Assembly (NCBI GenBank): GCA_025558095.1
Contig: JAIVFI010000028.1
Location: forward strand, 124,001 to 188,000
Length of the DNA: 64,000 nt
Reading direction: 5' to 3'
From: Hyaloraphidium curvatum SAG 235-1
Taxonomy: Eukaryota > Fungi > Monoblepharomycota
A program made the translations under genes and the position numbers. The stretch's first letter is position 1; every line of letters begins with the position of its first letter. The notes under the pieces are model-generated. The model did no database searches. It was not told the origin of the DNA and worked only from the letters and a program-made list of their open reading frames with translations. Positions 56,912 to 64,000 of this stretch are shown piece by piece.

Positions 56912-57063
56912 TTCGAAGTGCTGTGTCTGTGCGATGGCTCGTGACCCGGCGGGCTTCTTCACCCTTGTAAATCGAGAATCACAAAAGGACGACCCAGATC
57001 TATCAGAACACTTCAGAAAGCCAAGTAAAGAAAGAATCATCGCAACGAACCGCTCCATGTTAG

Positions 57064-57924
57064 CTAGGCACCCTGCGGCGCAACACTCTTCGCCCCGCCG
57101 GTTAGCCTTCCCCAAAAGCCCACCGCCCCATCGGAGCCAACGATCCGCGTCCAGCCATCACGCGCAGACTCCATCCCGGGAATGCTGTCCAAATATGGCC
57201 GGAAGTCAGGTAGTTTCGATCGCGCGTTCGAAGCCGCCGCAGCCAGGCCCGTCTTCTCCGCAGCTGCTGCTCCCGCGTTGTAAACTCCACGCCCGGCCCA
57301 CTGTAAGCCCCGGGCGAGGAGTTTGGTGAGATGGGCTGTAGTTTTCGCCGTCCACCACGTTGTGCGTAAGAAGTCGATGAAGGTCACGAAAAACGCAATC
57401 GCAAAGATCCAGGTGGACACACGGAGGTGTACTCTCGAATAAAGGGCATCATTGACTGAAGAACGACTTCATCAGCACTCTTCCAGCCCGTATGAGCTCA
57501 ACGACGGCACGCACTCAGTGACTTGAACCCCCGAATGAAGTCAACTTCCTCCCCATCCCATTTGTCAATCAGTTGAACGCCGAAAACTCGCTTCAAGAAC
57601 ACCACGCGCTCATCGTGCTGCATGCCTTCGTCCGGGAAGACGCCATGATCTGTGTCGTGCTCATCGTCGTCTACCGGATGATCCTGGAGGAAAGGTCAGC
57701 ACAGAGCTGCGAAACTGTGTGCCCGAGAGTTTGCTCACCTGGTAGTACTGTGCAATCCTCGCTGCCCGCACCATTTCCGGCGAAATCCCGTCCGCCTTGG
57801 CATACGGCGAAGGGGCAGGATTAGCTTTTGGGTTGTACTTCGCCGTCGTCAACGCGAGAGTTCTGGGGTCCTTCGAGTCCGGCTTCGGCTTGCCGAACCA
57901 TTTCTTCGGGTTCAGAAAGCTCAT
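57064..57924 (-). CDS. Hypothetical single-pass membrane protein; 2 introns
   Basis: MSFLNPKKWF..YYQ/DHPVDDDE..FKSL/..WIFAIAFFVTF can be spliced in frame via GTGAGC and GTGCGT donors. Confidence 0.5.
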
Positions 57925-58156
57925 CGCGCTGCCGCGAACGGGCGATTGAAGACCCTGATTGACGTTGAGGGCGGGGATTGCCCGCCCGGCAGTATAGCGC
58001 CGCGGGCAACGATCGGCAGTTGGGACCCTGATGAAGAGGGTCGTCGGAAGCAGGTAACCGCCCGCCGAGATAGCGTCGCTTTGTTGACAAACCGTTCCAA
58101 CAAGCCGCGTTCGCGATTTCTGCGTGCCTCGACGCGTTTCCATCGACGCTTTCGCG

Positions 58157-59272
58157 ATGTCGGCGCAAACGCGGCCTGCCACGGCCGGACTGGCAGAGAC
58201 GATCGCTCAGACTCCGCTGATCCACCTCACCTCGCTCTCGGCCCTTGTTCCAAACGCTCGGATCCTGGGCAAGGCTGAGTTCTTGTCCCCGGGAGGCTCC
58301 GTGAAGGATCGTCCTGCGCTATCGATGGTGCTCGATGCCGAGAGAAAGGGGCTGCTGTCCTGCAAACACATCGTGGAGTCGACTGGCGGAAACACGGGGA
58401 TCGGCCTCGCTCTCGTCGCTCTGTCAAGGGGTTACTCGACAACCATCGTGATGAACAGGACCATCGCGGTCGAGAAGCAGAACCTGCTGCGGACCTTTGG
58501 CGCCGACCTCATCCTGGTCGACCCGGCCCCTTTTACGTCGCCGGATCATTACTACCATGTCGGGAAGAGAATAGCGGAGGAAAATGGCTGGTTCTTTGCC
58601 AACCAGTTCGAGAATCACGCGAACATGAAGGCTCACTACGAGACCACCGGGCCAGAGATCTGGGAACAGGCGGGTCGGAAGCTGGATGGCTTCGTCGCGG
58701 CGTCTGGCACCGGTGGAACGATCGCGGGAATCAGCAGAAGGCTGAAGGAGTATGATCCTAACGTCAAGGTCTTCCTGATGGACATGCCATCGGGCATGCT
58801 TTACTCGTACCTCACGACGGGCACATTGGAACCTCTGCCTGGCAACGGCGCCGGGCTTGAAGGCATCGGAATCGACCGCCTCACTGACAACTTCCGTCTG
58901 GCCAAGATCGACGGCGTTGTCAAGTCCCAAGCGCAGCAAGCCATCAGGATGGCTTGGTGGCTGCTCAGGAAGGAGGGCATCTTCGTCGGCGCCAGCGCCG
59001 CCTTCAACGTCCTCGCCGCGTGCAAGGTCGCCTGCCATCTGGCGACAAAAGGCGGCGCAGGGACCGAGATGAGCATCGCAACCATCCTTTGCGACTCGGG
59101 CGATAGGGCGATCTCAAAGATCTACAGCCGGGACTGGTTGGACAAAGAGTTTGGGGCGGACTTCAAGCCCGACATCGGGCCGGAAGAAATGCGGAGGATG
59201 ATCGACGAAGAGGTCGACCTGGAGGAGCTACCGGCGATGTGGACCGAGGAGGACGTGGTCAAGCTAGATTGA
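58157..59272 (+). CDS. cysK: Cysteine synthase (PLP-dependent)
   Basis: KAEFLSPGGSVKDR (PLP lysine), ESTGGNTG, NQFEN, HYETTGPEIW, GTGGT, EGIG, ILCDSG. Confidence 0.9.
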   Translation: MSAQTRPATAGLAETIAQTPLIHLTSLSALVPNARILGKAEFLSPGGSVKDRPALSMVLDAERKGLLSCKHIVESTGGNTGIGLALVALSRGYSTTIVMNRTIAVEKQNLLRTFGADLILVDPAPFTSPDHYYHVGKRIAEENGWFFANQFENHANMKAHYETTGPEIWEQAGRKLDGFVAASGTGGTIAGISRRLKEYDPNVKVFLMDMPSGMLYSYLTTGTLEPLPGNGAGLEGIGIDRLTDNFRLAKIDGVVKSQAQQAIRMAWWLLRKEGIFVGASAAFNVLAACKVACHLATKGGAGTEMSIATILCDSGDRAISKIYSRDWLDKEFGADFKPDIGPEEMRRMIDEEVDLEELPAMWTEEDVVKLD

Positions 59273-59499
59273 TTGCTTGCCATCGAATGGAACGAGTGTA
59301 GACGCTGTCCCTGCGGCTAGCCACGGGCCGGAGAATGAGGGCGGCTCCCCATCTTGCTCGAGAGCTGCGATGACTTTGGTTTGCCTCCAAACCGGCACGC
59401 GCCGAACAAGGGCCGTCCACACAAGCTCAGGGCTCCTAGGCTCCAGTCCACTAGCAGACGCGCGATAGAGTGCTTTCGCGCTACTGGCAACCTGGAGGA

Positions 59500-61183
59500 A
59501 TGCACATCTACACGTCTCCCCTGCCGGACGTCGTGCTACCGGACGTTGAGGATGTTCCGGACTTCATCCTCAACAACGGGGCGCTCGACCTCGCGCAACC
59601 AGCGCTAGCGGATGGGATCACTGGCGAGACATGGACTTTCGGAGAGCTTCGCGACAAAGTGGACGGCCTCGCGAGGGCCATGGTCGGGGAGCTCGGCGTG
59701 AAAGCGGGCGACATTGTCTGCTACCTTTCCTCGAACCACCTGGCCGTACCTTTACTCGTTTACGGCGCGATGCGGTGCTCCGCCGCGGTCTCCGGCATCT
59801 CGACTTTGGCGACCCCGGACGAAGTCGCCTTCCAGCTCACCGACACGGGCGCACGCCTTCTTTTCGTCCACGACTCGTACATGGAGAAAGCGCGCGCTGC
59901 CGTGGCTCTTGTCGGAATCGACATTCGGATCATACCGCTCGGAACCATCTCGCAGCTGGTCTCCCTCGGAGCATCTCTGCCCCTGCTCCCACCACTTGAC
60001 AGGTCCAAAGATCTCGGATCTCGGATCTGCAGCGTATTCTATAGTAGCGGGACTACCGGACGAAGCAAGGGGGTTCTCCAGTCGCACAGGAACGTCATCG
60101 CTGCTGCTCTTGCCGTTCGAGCGATGGAAGAAGGGCTCATGATTCCTGGTCGGGACCGAATGCTTCTCCAGCTTCCCATCTACCATATCTTCGGTCAAAA
60201 CAAAGTCATGCACACCTCCCTGTCGGCCGGCATCACGCTCGTGCTGCTCCCGTCTTACGATCTGAAGACCTTCCTAGCCGCGATTACGCGGTTCAAAATC
60301 ACGCGGCTGGCCGTCGTGCCCCCTCAGGCAATTCAGCTCGTCAAGGAATCCGCCGTCTTGGAGACAGACTGTTCGACCATCAGGTACATTACGTGTGGAG
60401 GCGCGGTGATGGGCCCTGAGGTCCACAGGGCGCTCAAGGAGCGCTTCGGGGTGCTCGTCAAGAACGGTTACGGCCAGACCGAAACCACCTCGTCGATCTG
60501 CGTCACTCCTGCCGACGGCGGCTACGTCCGTAGGTATCCCGCTCGTAAACTGCCGCTGCTACGAGCTCATATGGTTCGTTTGGTTCCCAGTCGGCTCCGT
60601 TGGCAAACTTATTCCCTCCTTCCGCGCGTACCTTCGCGATCCGGAAACGGGACAGCCGGTCGCGCCGGGACAACAAGGCGAGATTCTTATCAAGGGTCCG
60701 CAAGTCATGTCGGGATACCTGAACCGGCCTGATGCCGCAGCGGATGCCTTCGTGGATGGCTGGCTTGCTACTGGAGACGTCGGCTTCGTGGACAAGGACG
60801 ACAACTGGTACATTGTCGATCGGCTGAAGGAGCTCATCAAGACCAACGGCCTCCAAGTGGCCCCTGCGGAAGTGGAGGACCAGGTGCTCCGCTCTGGGCC
60901 CGAGATTGTTGAATGCGCCGTCGTGCCGCGGCCCCATCCAACTGCGGGGGAGGTGCCCGTCGCGTACGTTGTGCTGAGGGATCCGAATGATCGGAGCGTG
61001 CTCGTGCGTGCGGAGGAGCATCTTCGGCAGCACATTGCTTCTTACAAGGTGCCGCGGACTTGGCGTGTGGTGGACGCTTTGGAAAAGACCGCCAGCGGCA
61101 AAATCCGCCGGAAGGCGATGGCTGACATGGAACGCGCGAGATGGGAGCGGGAAGAGGGGCAGGCCGGGAAGGCAAAACTGTAG
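59500..61183 (+). CDS. 4-coumarate-CoA ligase-like acyl-CoA synthetase, peroxisomal (C-terminal AKL); intron 60530-60590
   Basis: YSSGTTGRSKG, GYGQTE, GEILIKGPQVM.GY, TGDVG, DRLKELIK, KTASGKI. Confidence 0.88.
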
Positions 61184-61185
61184 TT

Positions 61186-62271
61186 TCACCTTTGGCTACT
61201 TCGTTTCAATCGAATCTCGAGCAAGAATATGCTGCTGAAGACGCCGACGTTCGGCGGATCAGGAGCGTCCAGATCCAGCTCTTCTTCGCCTTCCTCGCCG
61301 TCTGGAAACCCAGCCCGCATGGCCGCCCGACATTCGTTCTGCCACGCCACCCATTTCAAACCCGGGTCCCCGAAAGACAGCGGAACGACCCGGCCTTCCA
61401 ATCCGTACAGCTCCAACAACAAGGAGATGTCTCGTTTGGAACTACGCTCCTGGTAGGCAGAGAGGCACACAGCGTCAGGATGGGAGTGATGCGCAAGAAC
61501 GTGGGATATCGTGAGGAGCAGGCCGGGGAAGTCGCGAGGCGCGAAGAACGTGTCCGACGCGATCAGCAGGCGGAACCGGCGGGCAGGTGCGGCGTCGAGC
61601 AGGCTGCCCCACTTCAACGGCATGACGCTCACGCGATCGTCGCCATCGTGGAAGCCATTCAGAGCAAGGCCTTGCCGCAAAGCGTTCAGCGTCCTCGGTG
61701 GATCGGGGTGATCGGTCAGGACGACGCTCCAAGTCCTCTCCTGGCCCCGTTGCCGCATGTAAGCCTCGACGTGTCGGTTGATAAGGGCTACCAAAATGCC
61801 GCAAGTGCCGACGCCGCTTCCGAGCTCCAGCGCGTCCAGCGCTCCTTCGCGCCAGATGTCGTACCGCTGGCTCCACAGATGGTAACAGAAGGCGAGGGCC
61901 GACGGCCAGGGATAGGCAGCATGATGCGGGTCCAGGAATGAGAGTAAGCGGAGACAAAGGTGGGGCGGGAGAGGTTCCGTCAGGTCTGGAGGCCGAACGA
62001 GGTGGGAATGAGGTCGCGGGAACTGGAAGTGCTCGACAGTCCGTGGTCCTTCGTCGCGAGGCTCGCGTGACGACTCCTCGCCATCACTATCTGAGTTCTC
62101 AGATGAAGATGCCGTCGCATCGGCAATACAAGGAACCTCGATCTCGAACTCGTCACAATCAGCGAAGAACCAGACTTCCTCGGAAGCAGCCGCGTTGGGA
62201 CCCTCAGATCGCGGCGCATTGTCCGGAAAGAGAGCGAAGAACGCGTTGATATCGTTCGTTAGTGTCTGCAC
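61186..62271 (-). CDS. Family-16 SAM-dependent methyltransferase (METTL23-like); start codon unresolved
   Basis: YPWPSA..F, LELGSGVG, LTD, LKWG, LLIASDTFF, YQERS. Confidence 0.75.
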   Translation of the reverse strand: MQTLTNDINAFFALFPDNAPRSEGPNAAASEEVWFFADCDEFEIEVPCIADATASSSENSDSDGEESSREPRDEGPRTVEHFQFPRPHSHLVRPPDLTEPLPPHLCLRLLSFLDPHHAAYPWPSALAFCYHLWSQRYDIWREGALDALELGSGVGTCGILVALINRHVEAYMRQRGQERTWSVVLTDHPDPPRTLNALRQGLALNGFHDGDDRVSVMPLKWGSLLDAAPARRFRLLIASDTFFAPRDFPGLLLTISHVLAHHSHPDAVCLSAYQERSSKRDISLLLELYGLEGRVVPLSFGDPGLKWVAWQNECRAAMRAGFPDGEEGEEELDLDAPDPPNVGVFSSIFLLEIRLKRSSQR

Positions 62272-62459
62272 GGTGGCCTCCAGCTTGGAGTGAACGTTGT
62301 GTGACGACGCGGCCGCAGCAGCAGCGCGCCGGCGCCGCGCTTCATCATAGCGAGGTGTCTCCCGGAACGCGAAACTCCCAGTCGGATCGCGGCGGCAGCT
62401 CCGCGTCTATCGAGGTTCCTTTCCGGACACATTTGAGCGGTCAGGAACCAGGGCCAGCC

Positions 62460-64000
62460 ATGCCCCAGGGAACCGCCGTCGCCACCGAAGTGGCCCCGCC
62501 CACGATTGGAAAGAAGCCTGCCAAGTACAAAGGCCATCCGTTCCCGAAGCTGCAGGCTCCCACGAGCCGGCCGCCGGAGCACGTCATCGAGGTCCGCGGG
62601 GCGCCATCGGTCCGGGCCGAGGCGCGCAAGGCCGCCGCCCTGATTCTGAAGGAGCTTGGCTTCACGGACGTTGACACCCCCGGATCCGAGACTGCGCAAT
62701 TGCTGCAGGCTGTGAAGCTGGAGGGGAACGATGTGCCGTACTTTCCGTCGGTGGTCAAGCTCACCGAGGGGATCTCTGGCGTTCACATCGCCCTCTCCGT
62801 GGTGGCCAACAAGCTCACCAAGATGAAGATGGGAAAGTGGGTTCCAGGCAGGGACACTGTCTCCATATGGAAGACCTTATGCTCTCGATTCCTTGTTCGA
62901 TTAGGTACCAAGACGTCTCTTTGAACACCGACCACGCGTTCCAGACCCTGAACTCTCAGTATGCCATCACCGTCAAAGGAATCGGCGGCATCAACCAGCT
63001 CATTACCTGCATTGAAGACGACGATGAGCTGCGCCCGCCGGACTACCACTTCAGGTGCGATTTACGACACAGCGTCTCTGATTCGAGGCTAATTTCCTCG
63101 TGCCAGGTACCTGTGGGGCAACATCTTCTCGACCAAGGACAACAATTTCATCTTCTTGAGCGCCAAGTTCGACAAGCCGGAGAAGCTGCTCGCCTCGACC
63201 GGCTTCGAGAAGGAGGAGATCAAGGAGCTCCTCCGCAGCGACGGCAAGATCATCCTGGACCCCAAGAAGCTCCTGGACGCCGTCGAGAAGAAGATTTCCA
63301 CGACGTGGAATGCGCTCGACATCGAGGATGCCATGACCAAGAAGCACCACTGCGCCGTGGTGCCCATGACCACCGAGGAATTCATGAAATCCGAGCAAGG
63401 CCGCGCTCTGTCCTCCAAGCCCGCCGTCGAGATCGACCCCATCCCGCACCCCGACATCACCCGCAACTGGCCCGCCGCCGGCCTACCCGACGTCCCCCAG
63501 ACCAGCCCGCCCCGCCTACTCCTCGGCGTCAAGATCATCGAGCTCACCCGGGTGCTCGCCGGGCCACGCGTCGGCACCTGCCTTGCCAGCTACGGGACCA
63601 CCAACACCAAGGTCTCCAGCGCCGACCTCGAGGACTTCCCGCACCTCGTTTACGACACCAACGTCGGCAAGCGCAGCATCTTCTTGGACCTCAAGAGCAA
63701 GGAGGGCAAGGCCAAGATGAGGGAGCTCGTTTCGCAGGCCGACATGATCATTTCCAAGTGGGTTCTTGTACTCGTTTTCTTTGGGGCACGCCGTGTCTGA
63801 CTTTGCGACCTGCTCGCAGCTACGCGTGGGGTGCCCTCGACCGCCTCGGTTTCGGCCCGCGCCAGTGCGCCGAGATCATCAAGGACCGCAACCGCGGCAT
63901 CATCTACGTCGAGACCAACGCCTTCGGCTTCCACGGACCCCAGGCCAAGAACCCCGGCTTCGACAAGCTGGCGCAGATGATCACCGGCGTGTGCTACGAG
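62460..64000 (+). CDS. CoA-transferase family III (CaiB/BaiF), 3'-truncated; several introns
   Basis: LLGVKIIELTRVLAGP, DTNVGKRSIFLDLK..EG..RELVSQAD, RNRGIIYV..FGFHGP...PGFDKLAQ..TG. Confidence 0.82.

Noticed and set aside
1-64000. Bacterial origin of the contig, suggested by high GC and nagI/nagK/dsbB
   Set aside because: Consistent spliceosomal introns, Zn2Cys6 TFs, F-box genes and organelle targeting signals show it is eukaryotic.
59500-64000. 4CL-like ligase and CoA-transferase III as part of the aromatic cluster
   Set aside because: 18 kb away, separated by unrelated genes, and both belong to large common families.

Overview
This is GC-rich eukaryotic genomic DNA, very gene-dense (about 35 genes), with short spliceosomal introns (mostly 50-70 nt; GTGCGT/GTGAGT/GTGGGT donors, CTGAC-like branch points, YAG acceptors). 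Zn(II)2Cys6 transcription factors, an LCCL membrane protein, trehalose phosphorylase and a CE4 deacetylase point to a fungus, probably an early-diverging (chytrid/monoblepharid-type) lineage; that placement is inference. Main finding (about 29.9-41.5 kb): a 3-hydroxybenzoate/gentisate catabolic cluster. Its enzymes look bacterial (an actinobacterial-type 3-hydroxybenzoate 6-hydroxylase; Ralstonia NagI/NagK-like gentisate dioxygenase and fumarylpyruvate hydrolase) but carry introns. They sit with a fungal MFS transporter and two tandem Zn2Cys6 regulators, in two head-to-head pairs whose promoters share a repeated C[CG]GNNGGCAA motif. Other highlights: two paralogous 7-TM proteins with insect gustatory-receptor/DUF3537 (7TMIC)-like architecture, a bacterial-type DsbB, a J-domain + PARP-type zinc finger + BRCT protein, and several more bacterial-looking genes (EltD, CMD, EriC-type ClC, SnoaL). 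No rRNA, tRNA, CRISPR array or transposon was recognised. All family assignments come from motifs read by eye and recalled sequences; no searches were run.
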